Origin: Pirellulaceae bacterium
GTDB lineage: Bacteria > Planctomycetota > Planctomycetia > Pirellulales > Pirellulaceae
Reading direction: 5' to 3'
DNA: 64,000 bases
Assembly (NCBI GenBank): GCA_041752115.1
Contig: JBGSHS010000168.1
Coordinates: forward strand, 37,291 to 101,290
In this document: one piece after another, positions 10,217 through 19,422 of the stretch
Numbering within the stretch: the first letter of the stretch is position 1
Layout: each line of letters begins with the position of its first letter
Notes under the pieces: model-generated
Databases searched by the model: none
What the model saw: the letters and a program-made list of their open reading frames with translations, nothing else
What the model was told of the DNA's origin: nothing
Position numbers and translations under genes: made by a program

Positions 10217-10786
10217 TCAAAGCTCTTTGCCAACGGCAAACGCATGACCCAACGTCGATGCCACACCGTAGTACACGCGGTCGCCTGGCGAAAAGATGAT
10301 CGGCAGAACCTTGAGGATGTCGGGACTGCCCGATGCATCCAGCACGGCCTCTTCGGCCTTCACGTCCACGATCTTCCCCACAAACTGGGTGTGAAGCCCG
10401 AGTTCGAAAACGTGGACAATCTCGCACTCCAACACCATGGGGCATTCCGCGATGTAGGGAGCGTCGACCAGCTCGCTCCGCACGGCAGTGAGCCCCGTAG
10501 CAGCGAATTTGTCCGTGTCGCGACCACTGACCAGTCCAAAATAGTCGGCCAACTTCACCTGACTCTGCGATGGGACACTGATCGTGAAAGCCCGACGCTG
10601 CATCAGGCTCCCGAAGGTATAGGTAGCTCGTCGCAGCGAAACCGCGACGCACGGCGGATCGGAACAGCAGATCCCACCCCAGGCAGCTGTCATGCCGTTC
10701 GGTTTCCCTTGCGCATCGTAAGATCCCACAATCCAGGTTGGTGTCGGATAGACTAGTGTCTTGGCACCCAGTGATCTCTTCATCAA
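10217..10786 (-). CDS. Flavin reductase-like (FMN-binding split-barrel) protein
   Basis: 189 aa. LVYPTPTWIVGSYDAQGKPNGMTAAWGG...VAVSLR...T...I matches the flavin reductase-like domain pattern. Confidence 0.75.
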   Translation of the reverse strand: MMKRSLGAKTLVYPTPTWIVGSYDAQGKPNGMTAAWGGICCSDPPCVAVSLRRATYTFGSLMQRRAFTISVPSQSQVKLADYFGLVSGRDTDKFAATGLTAVRSELVDAPYIAECPMVLECEIVHVFELGLHTQFVGKIVDVKAEEAVLDASGSPDILKVLPIIFSPGDRVYYGVASTLGHAFAVGKEL

Positions 10787-11121
10787 AAAACCTCCTCTCG
10801 GGACAGATCGAGCAAATCCACCGCATCGTTCATTGTGCCGATGCGGCTGACCGGATCAAGCACCCAGCGGAGCGAGAGAAGCCTGCAATGCGCTCGCCGA
10901 CACACCACTGCAGAAATTCCGAGCCGCCACTTCCACCGCACCAGTCGTCCTGCCGGCCCCCAGGAATACCCGGCAGGGCGGCCCCTATTGGGCGGTCCCC
11001 AATCTCGCTCGATCTACAGGAATAATCCATCGGCGACAGGTCTCCTTTCTAGTGAGCAGATCATCTGCTGCGGATTGTCGGTACCGCAGAGTCTCAATCA
11101 CCCGATCACGGCACGGAGACC

Positions 11122-11502
11122 ATGCTGATCCTGCAAGAATCAATGCTCTTCTGGGGACACGTTGCCCTGGTCCTGTTCAACATGACCGGCTGGATGTTTC
11201 GCCAGACTCGCCGGCTGCATCTGGCCACATTTGGCCTGACGGCATTCTCCTGGTTTGCGCTCGGCGCCGTCTACGGATGGGGCTACTGCATTTGCACCGA
11301 TTACCACGCCGACGTGCTGGCTCGCCTCGGAAGCCCCGAGGCCGACCTCACCTTCATACAGCTCATGTTCCAGCGATTGCTCGGCATGCCTTCTGACCGG
11401 TCAACCGCCGATACGCTGGCCGTCGTCGTCTTCCTGTTGATCTGCTTCGCCACGGCCTTCGTCTGGACCCGCGTCTGGCTCCACCGTCGTGCGCGTCACT
11501 AG
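11122..11502 (+). CDS. Small integral membrane protein (DUF2784-like, tentative)
   Basis: 126 aa with 3-4 hydrophobic helices. GWGYCICTDYH sits where DUF2784 proteins carry GWxCPLT (recollection, unverified). Confidence 0.55.
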   Translation: MLILQESMLFWGHVALVLFNMTGWMFRQTRRLHLATFGLTAFSWFALGAVYGWGYCICTDYHADVLARLGSPEADLTFIQLMFQRLLGMPSDRSTADTLAVVVFLLICFATAFVWTRVWLHRRARH

Positions 11503-11699
11503 CTGGGCAGCGCCACGTCTCAAGCTGGATAGGATCTATCGCCGTAAGTCCTCTTCATCGGTGGCTATTGATTGCCGATTTGGCGAAGTGGCGCTGCCCA
11601 GCCAGGCTGTTGCCTGAAAGAGGCGCTCGCATCGCCTGGCCGGGAAGCCGGTGCCGGTCGCAGTCCGCAGGGCTCCGGCCCATCACTCCCACAGAACGC

Positions 11700-11746
11700 T
11701 TGACTTGCATAGCAGTGCTATGTATAACTTGCGTAGCACTGCTATG
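11700..11746 (+). promoter_or_regulatory. Sigma70-like promoter overlapped by two 15-bp palindromic operators upstream of padR
   Basis: TTGACT (11700-11705), a 17-nt spacer, then TATAAC (11723-11728). Palindrome CATAGCA-G-TGCTATG (11708-11722) fills the spacer. A second copy CGTAGCA-C-TGCTATG (11732-11746) lies over the predicted transcription start site (TSS). Confidence 0.5.
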
Positions 11747-11772
11747 TATCGGAGTCACTGGGAGGTTGTGTC

Positions 11773-12114
11773 ATGTCTCAATCGAAGGAGTTGGTTGCCG
11801 CGTCGGCAACCCCCATGATTCTGGCGATTCTGAGTCGCGGTGAAAGCTACGGTTATGCCATTATCCAGGAGATCCGGGAGCTGTCGAACGAGCAGATTAC
11901 CTGGACAGACGGAATGTTGTATCCGGTGCTGCGGCGACTGGAGCAGCAGGGACTGTTGTCATCGTCATGGCGGATGGCTGAGTCGGGCAAGCGGCGGCGG
12001 TATTACCGCCTCAAGAAGGACGGCGAGAGGGCGCTGGGTGAACAGCGTTTGCAGTGGCAGCTCACTCACCGCGTTCTGCAGGCACTCTGGGAGAAATCGC
12101 CATGTTTGACTTGA
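11773..12114 (+). CDS. PadR-family transcriptional regulator
   Basis: 113 aa. ILAILSRGESYGYAIIQEI...WTDGMLYPVLRRLEQQGLL....E.GKRRRYYRLKKDGERAL is the canonical PadR winged helix-turn-helix (HTH). Confidence 0.9.
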   Translation: MSQSKELVAASATPMILAILSRGESYGYAIIQEIRELSNEQITWTDGMLYPVLRRLEQQGLLSSSWRMAESGKRRRYYRLKKDGERALGEQRLQWQLTHRVLQALWEKSPCLT

Positions 12115-12956
12115 ATCGTGAGATGGCGCGTTGGAAAACGTTGATGGCGCGGAGCGGCAGCTGCTCGGCCGACGAGATTGAGGAGCTGGAATCTCACGTG
12201 CGCGACGAGACGGCGGCGTTTGTCGCCGCAGGCAGACCGGAGCAGCAAGCGTTTGAAGCGTCTCTGCAGCGGCTCGGTCAATGGGACGCAATCTGTGGCG
12301 AGTTCGCGAAGAATGGTCACGTCTGCCGGTGCGACTCGCTCGTCCTCTGGGCCAACAGCGTCATGGTTGTACTGGTTGTTGCGGGTTCCGCTGTGCTGGC
12401 CATGTGGGTTGCAGCACGCCGGCAGGACGGTTTGTTGGCGATCCACTTGGGGGCCATTCTCTTTGGATACTGCACTGCGTTTCTGGTGTCACTGTCGGGA
12501 GCCTACGCCATCGTGCGCTGCATGATCACGCAATCACGAGCTGAGCTGTTCCGCACACGATTTGTCCGTCACCTCCAGCTACTGCTCACAATGGCGCTGG
12601 GCGGATGTGTTTCGGGGACGATCTTCGGCGCTTGGTGGGCACGTCGTGAATGGGGACAATACTGGAGCTGGCATCCGAAGGAGATCGGGGCGATCGCGGT
12701 CATCGCATGCTTGCTGTTGCTGGTGCTATTCGTCAACATGCGTCGCCTGAGCAGTGTGCGGCTGGGGCAGGCATGTTTAGCGTTGAGTCTGGTAACGAGT
12801 GGAGCATGGTTTGGAGCAGGGATTTACGCAAGCACGGGCGTGGCGCCGGTGGTTGTGATGCTGTTAAGCGTATTGGTCACGATCCAGTTGGTGCTCTTCT
12901 GCCTTCCCCTGCTCCAGGTCGCACTGCGACCTGGAACAAGGAGGCTGGCGGGCTAG
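12102..12956 (+). CDS. PadR-associated membrane protein: helical 'permease-prefix'-type N-terminus fused to a CcsA-like (cytochrome c assembly, WWD-motif) membrane domain
   Basis: ATG 12102 overlaps the padR 3' end by 13 nt. N-terminus ADEIEELESHVRDETAAFVAAGRPEQQAFEASLQRLG, about 6 hydrophobic helices, and GAWWARREWGQYWSWHPKEIGA (motif at 12651-12683) resembling WGxxWxWDPKE. Confidence 0.7.
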   Translation: MFDLNREMARWKTLMARSGSCSADEIEELESHVRDETAAFVAAGRPEQQAFEASLQRLGQWDAICGEFAKNGHVCRCDSLVLWANSVMVVLVVAGSAVLAMWVAARRQDGLLAIHLGAILFGYCTAFLVSLSGAYAIVRCMITQSRAELFRTRFVRHLQLLLTMALGGCVSGTIFGAWWARREWGQYWSWHPKEIGAIAVIACLLLLVLFVNMRRLSSVRLGQACLALSLVTSGAWFGAGIYASTGVAPVVVMLLSVLVTIQLVLFCLPLLQVALRPGTRRLAG

Positions 12957-13006
12957 ATCAACGAGCGCGCTCGGTGGCATCAGACCACTTCGCTTCTGGC
13001 GAGACG

Positions 13007-14302
13007 TCACACGATCTGTTCGTTCTGAGCATCCCAGCGGACGAGGCGTTTTTCGTGGTAGGAAATGACGCTCATCAAGTAGGTCACGCCTTCGATAAAC
13101 GCCTCGTCGATATGGCATTTGGGTCGTGCGCCGGTACGGACGCATTGCAGAAAGTCGTCCATGTGGCTGGGCCACTGGGGCCCGGTGGCCGGATCATAGC
13201 TGAAGCGGGGCTGCATCGCGTCGCGTCTCATATGCGGGTAGGCCGGACCATCGTCGTAAATGACGAAATGGGAAGCGTCCTGCCCGATGGAATTGAAGAT
13301 CAGTCGACCGTTCTTGCCGATGTATTCGGGGGGCTGCTGGCGTCCCGAATTCAGGCAGCCTTCAAACATGAGCGAGCAATTGTGTTTCTCGAAGGTGTAA
13401 TTGGCCAGCCACGTGTCGGGCACTTCACGATCGTCTTGAAAGAAGGCGTTCAGGCCGCTGCACATGCAGGTGTCGGGTATTCCCCACCCCAAGGTGCACT
13501 GGACCTGGTCAAGTTCGTGTGAGAGCAAGTCGCCCGCCTGGCCAGTTCCGTAGGGCCAGTAGCAGCGCCAGTGCCAGAAGTGCCGTTCGTTGAAGTCGAT
13601 GGAAGGGGCCGCGCCTAGCCACTTCGGCCAGTCGAGATCGGCCAGCACCTGTCGCGGATCAGGCCGATTGAATTCGGCATACCAGCCGTACCATCGCCAC
13701 GGAGCGTGTTCGGCCGTACCGTTGAAGTACCGGCCGGTCTTGATCAGCGTCACCGGTCCGATTTCCCCATCGCAAATCCGCTTGCGTGCAGCCTCGTAGG
13801 CGGGATACTGCCGGCCCTGGTGCCCGAGTTGAAATACCGTGCTGTTCTTCCGCACGGCATCGCGCATATGCTTGGCCGATTCCACGGACGTCGTCAGACC
13901 CTTCTCGCAGTAGATCGCCTTCCCGGCAGCCGCCGCGTCGATCACCATTTGCTCGTGCCAGTGATCGGGAGTGGCGATGATGACCGCCTCGACGTTCTTG
14001 TCGGCCAGCAAGTCGTGGTAGTCCGTGTAGGTCTTGACCTCCTTGTCGCCAGCCGCTTTGACACCTCGCTCCACATGCGGTTTGTACACGTCACAGATGG
14101 CCACAACTTGAGCCGATTTCGAGGCGGCCGTTTCTTGAATCAGAGACCAGCCTCGCGTTCCGGCGCCGATGTGCCCCACACGTACCGGGTCGTCTGCCGC
14201 GGTCGCTCCACGCAACACGGCAGGCGCCGCCACGATCGCGGCCGCAGCGGCTCCCGTAGTCTGAAGGAATTGTCGTCGAGTTGTCGCGGTGCGATTTGAC
14301 AT
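13007..14302 (-). CDS. Gfo/Idh/MocA-family oxidoreductase with Tat signal
   Basis: ORF 13007-14404. ATG 14302 gives MSNRTATTRRQFLQTTGAAAAAIVAAPAVLRG. Contains Rossmann GHIGAGTRG and the YCEKGL motif. Confidence 0.85.
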   Translation of the reverse strand: MSNRTATTRRQFLQTTGAAAAAIVAAPAVLRGATAADDPVRVGHIGAGTRGWSLIQETAASKSAQVVAICDVYKPHVERGVKAAGDKEVKTYTDYHDLLADKNVEAVIIATPDHWHEQMVIDAAAAGKAIYCEKGLTTSVESAKHMRDAVRKNSTVFQLGHQGRQYPAYEAARKRICDGEIGPVTLIKTGRYFNGTAEHAPWRWYGWYAEFNRPDPRQVLADLDWPKWLGAAPSIDFNERHFWHWRCYWPYGTGQAGDLLSHELDQVQCTLGWGIPDTCMCSGLNAFFQDDREVPDTWLANYTFEKHNCSLMFEGCLNSGRQQPPEYIGKNGRLIFNSIGQDASHFVIYDDGPAYPHMRRDAMQPRFSYDPATGPQWPSHMDDFLQCVRTGARPKCHIDEAFIEGVTYLMSVISYHEKRLVRWDAQNEQIV

Positions 14303-14400
14303 GCGGTTCTCCTGGTAAAAGGACAGGCTCTGGATCATCGAGTAATTGACTCGGCGGACGGTTGGCAGCAGGCAACCAGCGGATGAGAACGCGATCTCAC

Positions 14401-14727
14401 TCATGGGTCACCAGTGGTAGTCTGTAGAACGAATCGCCGAACCGACCACCAGAAACATATTAAGCTTACTGGCACGGGCAAGGCAAATCCGCACGTGAAC
14501 GCGTAAATCGGCCGAATGGTCCTCGCCGTTTCTTCGCTCACGCCCAGCACGACCAGGAATCCGACCAGGCCGATGCCGATCAGCAACGAGAGGATGAGGC
14601 TTGCCAGGAATGTTGACAGGCCGAAGCAGAACCAGGCGACACAGATGCGTCGCCAGGGGACCTGGCGGGCAGTTGGGGGGGATGGCTCGGCGTTTGCCCT
14701 GACAGCCTGAGAGTGTTGGTCTTTCAT
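14401..14727 (-). CDS. Small hypothetical membrane protein
   Basis: ATG 14727 (MKDQHSQAV...). Two or three hydrophobic segments (ICVAWFCFGLSTFLASLILSLLIGIGLVGFLVVLGV). No known domain. Confidence 0.35.
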   Translation of the reverse strand: MKDQHSQAVRANAEPSPPTARQVPWRRICVAWFCFGLSTFLASLILSLLIGIGLVGFLVVLGVSEETARTIRPIYAFTCGFALPVPVSLICFWWSVRRFVLQTTTGDP

Positions 14728-14825
14728 GAGGCACGAATTCCTGGCGACATACAAGACTTCACCGCGTATCACGACTATGATCATAAATGCGCCTTGTCGA
14801 GCAGCAACCCGGCTGAGGAAACCTC

Positions 14826-15515
14826 ATGGCCTCGTTGGCGGATCTCTACCACTGCGAAACGCTGAGTCCTCCGGCATTCAAGGCGGCCGCCGAGTTGCTG
14901 GCCGGCAGTTTCACCGACGATCCAATCTACCAGTACCTGTTCCCCTCTCCACGGCTGCGCCGCTACGTCCTGCGAAGAACCTTCTTGTGGTTTTCTGGCA
15001 CAGTCGGAGTCGCGTCGCGGATCATGCAGGTTGCGCTCGATGGCGAGCCTGTTGGAGTAGCCCTCTGGTTTCCCACTCCCCATATTCCTTCGCCACCGTG
15101 GTACCATGCCATCGGCGTCTGGTCGGCCCTTCTTCCTGCCTACCTGCTCCAGCCCGGTGCATTCTCTCGTGCTTGGTGGTTCGATCGGTTTGTCAAGCGA
15201 ATGTTGGCGGCTCACAGCCGACCATCGGTGCATCTGTCCGTATTGGCCGTGCGTCCCGATTTGCGACGACGGGGGATCGGTTCGGCCTTGGTTCATGACG
15301 GACTGCGCTGGGCAGCCGATCAGCAGAAAGGTGCTTACCTGCTGTGCTGGCCTTCGCTCGTTCCGTTCTATCAGCGGCTTGGCTTCACCGATGAGTACAC
15401 GGGAACGCTGGACGGCCTGTCTGTTGTCTGTCATGGCATGTGCTGCGAACGCGGAGACGTCTCCTGTGGACCTGCAGGTACCGACTGTGACTCGCCCACG
15501 CTGAAGATACGGTAA
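14826..15515 (+). CDS. GNAT-family N-acetyltransferase
   Basis: 229 aa. LSVLAVRPDLRRRGIGSALV (acetyl-CoA binding Q/RxxGxG/A motif) and a C-terminal FYQRLGF. Confidence 0.8.
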   Translation: MASLADLYHCETLSPPAFKAAAELLAGSFTDDPIYQYLFPSPRLRRYVLRRTFLWFSGTVGVASRIMQVALDGEPVGVALWFPTPHIPSPPWYHAIGVWSALLPAYLLQPGAFSRAWWFDRFVKRMLAAHSRPSVHLSVLAVRPDLRRRGIGSALVHDGLRWAADQQKGAYLLCWPSLVPFYQRLGFTDEYTGTLDGLSVVCHGMCCERGDVSCGPAGTDCDSPTLKIR

Positions 15516-15530
15516 GCGAATGAGGAAGCC

Positions 15531-17210
15531 ATGGAATCTGACGGCCATGAATCGGACGACCTGACGCCCATGTCTGTCCCGGCGGGACGCCTGCCCGAAA
15601 GCGACCAGTCGGAGGTTCGGAGTGCTGTCGAGACGCTGGTACGCGCGGTTGAGTTGGACCCCGACAATCCTCTGCTTCTCCAGGCGCTGGCCGACGCCTA
15701 CCAGCAGGCTGGAAGTCGAGTCAGTGCGCTGCGGCAGTTGTCACGCCTGATGGATCTAGAACTGGCGACGGGGCCGGTATGGAAGCAGGCGGCTCAGCTG
15801 CTGGCCGAGGTTGGTGAGCATGCGCAGGCCGTGGGAGCCTACCGGCGATACTTGGAGATTGAAGGTCAGGACGGGGAGGCGTGCCACGAGTACGCCCGCT
15901 CTCTTCATAAGCTTGGCGACCTCACAGGGGCCGTGACTCAGCTCCAGCGGTCTGCCGTTCATTGTGATTCACTCGCCCCGTGGCTGTCGCTGGCTATCCT
16001 CGCTCCAAGCTATTGGGCTTTCGACCACAGTGACGTGCTGCAGATGCGTCGCACGTTCGCCTCCAAATTGTGTGAGCACAGCAGCGTGGTCCATTCGCGC
16101 AGGACCGGGAAACGATCAACCGGTCGCCTGCGTATCGGTTATGTTTCCAGTTGGTTCGATCATGAAAACTATATGAAGCCAGTCTGGGGACTTATCAACC
16201 GCCATAATCGCGAGGCGTTTCAGATCCACTTGTTCTCCGACACGGGCCTTGAACGCGGTCTGCCTGGATACCTTCCTCAGTCGGGCGATCGCGTGCACGA
16301 AACCGCTGAACTGGATAATGCGGCGCTGGCACAATGGATCGAGAATGAACAGATTGATGTGCTGGTCGACCTGAACGGCTATAGCACTCCGGCTCGCTTG
16401 GGACTGTTTCTCACGTCGCCAGCCCCGGTCACGGTGGCCTGGTTCAACATGTATGCCACGTCGGGGCTCTCGGGAATCGGTTACCTGGTCGGTGATGCGG
16501 ACACAGTCTATCCGGAGGAAGAGCCGTTCTACTCCGAGACGGTCTTGCGTTTGCCGCAGAGTTACCTCAGTTTCCACGTGACGCACAACGCGCCGCCCCT
16601 TGTCGCACCACCTTGCTGTCGAGCTGGCCATATCACGTTTGGTTGTCTTGCCACGCAGTACAAGATCTCGGCACCGGTGCTCGACGCGTGGGCCACCATC
16701 CTGCATGCCGTGCCGACATCCCGTTTGCTCGTCGGAAACGTCATGCTGGGGTCTGTCTGCAATCGTGATTACCTGGCAGCTCAGTTCGAGTCGCGAGGAA
16801 TCGAACGAGGTCGCGTGGAGTTTCGTGGGCGTGCCGAGCATCGGGTCTTCCTCGAATACTACAATGCCATCGATATTGCTCTGGATACGTTTCCCTATAA
16901 TGGTGGAACGACAACGATGGAAGCGCTGTGGCAAGGCGTTCCCGTCGTCACGTTTGCCGGGGACCGATGGGCTTCACGCACCAGCGCCAGTCTGATGCGC
17001 GGGTCGCCGTGTGGGTCGTTCGTGGCGGCGGATCTCGCAGGATACCAGCAGGTTGCCATCCGCCTGGCCAGTGACCCGGATGTGGGAGCTCGACTGCAGG
17101 TGCTTCGCCGATCTCTGCGTCAGGCTCTCCTGAGTTGCCCTGTGTGTAACACGGAGTCGTTTGCTCGAGCCATGGAGTTGCTCTATCGTGACGCGGTCTC
17201 ACGTGTATGA
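15531..17210 (+). CDS. TPR-repeat protein with OGT/SPINDLY-like (GT41) glycosyltransferase domain
   Basis: 559 aa. TPR-like N-terminus. RIGYVSSWFDHENYMKPVWGLINRHNREAFQIHLFS and FPYNGGTTTMEALWQGVPVVT are typical of bacterial SPINDLY-family proteins. Confidence 0.7.
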   Translation: MESDGHESDDLTPMSVPAGRLPESDQSEVRSAVETLVRAVELDPDNPLLLQALADAYQQAGSRVSALRQLSRLMDLELATGPVWKQAAQLLAEVGEHAQAVGAYRRYLEIEGQDGEACHEYARSLHKLGDLTGAVTQLQRSAVHCDSLAPWLSLAILAPSYWAFDHSDVLQMRRTFASKLCEHSSVVHSRRTGKRSTGRLRIGYVSSWFDHENYMKPVWGLINRHNREAFQIHLFSDTGLERGLPGYLPQSGDRVHETAELDNAALAQWIENEQIDVLVDLNGYSTPARLGLFLTSPAPVTVAWFNMYATSGLSGIGYLVGDADTVYPEEEPFYSETVLRLPQSYLSFHVTHNAPPLVAPPCCRAGHITFGCLATQYKISAPVLDAWATILHAVPTSRLLVGNVMLGSVCNRDYLAAQFESRGIERGRVEFRGRAEHRVFLEYYNAIDIALDTFPYNGGTTTMEALWQGVPVVTFAGDRWASRTSASLMRGSPCGSFVAADLAGYQQVAIRLASDPDVGARLQVLRRSLRQALLSCPVCNTESFARAMELLYRDAVSRV

Positions 17211-17513
17211 GCAGAACGCACTCCTCATCCGACTCGCCGAAGCGGTATGATTTTCGTGCACCGGCGGTATTGAATCAGCGCGGTCCAGCTGTTTCCCGTA
17301 GGAAAGGCAACTCGCTCCTGCGACCTGACGAGCGGGCTGCGGTCAACTTGCGTAACGTCCGTGCCGCACTACAGAATGATATCCTGAGTACGCCGAAACC
17401 GGATCCCACCAACCTGGCGAGTGAGGGAGCAGGGCGATTCACCTGGCCCGGCAGGGGCGAGGTGAATGCCACCTGGTACCCCCTCACTTCATCTGCACGG
17501 AGACTCAAGCAAA

Positions 17514-18107
17514 ATGGTCAAGACCGCCAGTACGATGATGCCGCTTGGAACCCAGGCGCCTTCCTTCTCGCTTGTCAATGTGGACGGTCGTACGGTATCG
17601 CTGAGCGACTTCCGCGGTGCCCCGGCACTGTTGGTCATGTTCATCTGCAATCACTGCCCCTTCGTCAAACACCTGGCCGATGCATTGGCTGACTTCGCTC
17701 GCGGGTATCAGCAGAAGGGTGTCGCCATAGTCGGCATCAGTTCTAACGATGTCAGCACCCATCCGGCGGACTCGCCCGAACAGATGATTCACGAGGCCGT
17801 GCGGCGAGGATACTCGTTTCCCTATCTGTACGACGAGGATCAAGAAGTTGCGAAAGCCTATCGAGCCGCTTGCACGCCTGACTTCTTTCTGTTTGACGGC
17901 CAACAGCGACTAGTCTATCGAGGACAGTTCGACTCCAGCCGGCCCGAATCGGGAATCCCTATCACCGGAGCTGACGTGCGAGGAGCGATCGATGCCGTAC
18001 TGGCCGGCCAGCAGGTGGCTCAGGACCAGAGACCGAGCATCGGCTGCAATATCAAGTGGAAAGCCGGCCTGGAGCCAGACTATTTCAACCCGCAGGGAAC
18101 CGCCTGA
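17514..18107 (+). CDS. Thioredoxin-fold (AhpC/TSA-redoxin-like) protein
   Basis: ATG 17514. APSFSLVNVDGRTVSLSDFRGAPALLVMFICNHCPFVKH contains a CxxC-type motif (CNHCP). The C-terminal ...SIGCNIKWK is typical of this thioredoxin subfamily. Confidence 0.8.
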   Translation: MVKTASTMMPLGTQAPSFSLVNVDGRTVSLSDFRGAPALLVMFICNHCPFVKHLADALADFARGYQQKGVAIVGISSNDVSTHPADSPEQMIHEAVRRGYSFPYLYDEDQEVAKAYRAACTPDFFLFDGQQRLVYRGQFDSSRPESGIPITGADVRGAIDAVLAGQQVAQDQRPSIGCNIKWKAGLEPDYFNPQGTA

Positions 18108-18392
18108 GCGAGGTTCGCCAACGCACGTCGGCAACGTCGAAAGATGCCACGTCTGCAAAAAAAAAATCCACAAGGGAGCAGGATCCCGGCCGCGCCCGCT
18201 TTTCTGCCGGCTTGCAGCGGCCATCGGTGACGCGAAGGTGTCGCCCGTCGGCAAGCCTTCTGTGTGTTGCCGAGTGCTGGTCGGTGGCATGGCATTTGCA
18301 ACCTTCCTGCGGTTACCTCCACCTGTTCATCGGAAAGGGTGGAAGCCGTGGCGATGACGTCGAGGGAAGCACACCAGGGAGATAGTCGGCTT

Positions 18393-18470
18393 ATGAAACT
18401 TAAAGAAATCATGTCGCGCAATGTGGAGTCGATTTCCGCCGAATCCAATCAGCCCGGAGACACTCCGTGA
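18393..18470 (+). pseudogene. Truncated N-terminus of a CBS-domain gene (remnant)
   Basis: MKLKEIMSRNVESISAES is a textbook CBS-domain opening, but the frame stops after 25 codons. The stop overlaps (GTGA) the start of the BON ORF, which lies in another frame. Confidence 0.4.
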
Positions 18471-18703
18471 CAACTTCGCAGGGACGGATCAAGGAAGAGC
18501 CGTGGGCGGTTCAACAGCTGGCATGGGGCAGCCGATTGTCAGCCACCGACGGGGAAGTGGGAGTGGAGCATGGCACTGTTACCTTGACCGGAATGATTTC
18601 CAGCCATTTCGCTTGCCGGGCAGCGGTCGGCGGTGCCTGGCACGTGGCAGGAGTCGTCGGTGTGATCGATCTACTGGGAGTGCGGTGTCCCCGAGTTGAT
18701 TGA
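18467..18703 (+). CDS. BON-domain protein (possibly the surviving 3' part of a CBS-BON gene)
   Basis: 78 aa. ...AVQQLAWGSRLSATDGEVGVEHGTVTLTGMISSHFACRAAVGGAWHVAGVVGVIDLL fits the BON pattern (I.V.V..G.VTLTG.V.S......A......GV..V...L). Confidence 0.5.
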   Translation: MTTSQGRIKEEPWAVQQLAWGSRLSATDGEVGVEHGTVTLTGMISSHFACRAAVGGAWHVAGVVGVIDLLGVRCPRVD

Positions 18704-18756
18704 GGTGCCGGATGATCATCGCCTCCTGGTCACGGCGGCATCCAGCAGGGGAGTGG

Positions 18757-19422
18757 TCAACCGTTTTCGAGCACCCACTGTGTGGCTCGCTGAAGCAACT
18801 CCGTCGCATCGGAAAGGTCGAGTTTGGCCTTGATGTTCTCGCGATAGCGTTCGATCGTCTTCGGGCTCAAATGGAGCTGCTCCGCAATCTGCCGAGTACG
18901 AAATCCGCGACCGATAAACTGAAACACCTCCATCTCACGATCGCTCAACTGCTCGAACGACGCGTTGCTTTCCAGCGTGGGCTTCCGATTCCCCACACGA
19001 CGTTTCAGCAGCTTCCGCCCCATGGACTCGCTGAGATAGACCTCGCCTGAGAGAACGGCACGTATCCCGTCAATCAGTTTTTCCGTTGCTTCCTGCTTGT
19101 TGATGTATCCCAGAGCGCCAGCCTCCAGCGAGCGTTCAGCAAACATCTTCTCATCGTGTGCTGAGATGACGAGGATCTTCAGAGAGCTGGATTCGCTCGC
19201 CAACTGCTTGATGACTTCGATCCCGTGGCCTTCCTTCAGAGTGATATCGACAATCACCAGATGGGGCTTCGTAGCCCTGGTCTGCGCGATGGCCTCCTGG
19301 TGAGTTGATGCGAAGCCACACACTTCCAGATCGGGCTGATTGCCGATCAGCTGCGCATAACCCTGCCTTACGATCGGATGATCTTCGACAATCAGCACCC
19401 GAGATCTTTGCTGTGACGTCAT
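18757..19422 (-). CDS. NarL/LuxR-family response regulator (orphan; no adjacent histidine kinase)
   Basis: 221 aa. Receiver domain RVLIVEDHPIVR...LVIVDITL, and LuxR helix-turn-helix (HTH) LSDREMEVFQFIGRGFRTRQIAEQLHLSPKTIERYRENIKAKL. Confidence 0.9.
   Translation of the reverse strand: MTSQQRSRVLIVEDHPIVRQGYAQLIGNQPDLEVCGFASTHQEAIAQTRATKPHLVIVDITLKEGHGIEVIKQLASESSSLKILVISAHDEKMFAERSLEAGALGYINKQEATEKLIDGIRAVLSGEVYLSESMGRKLLKRRVGNRKPTLESNASFEQLSDREMEVFQFIGRGFRTRQIAEQLHLSPKTIERYRENIKAKLDLSDATELLQRATQWVLENG

Noticed and set aside
18157-18166. A10 homopolymer, unusual in this GC-rich sequence
   Set aside because: No adjacent stable hairpin occurs on either strand, so it is not a convincing intrinsic terminator. 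It is intergenic with no ORF affected, and is noted only as a compositional oddity.
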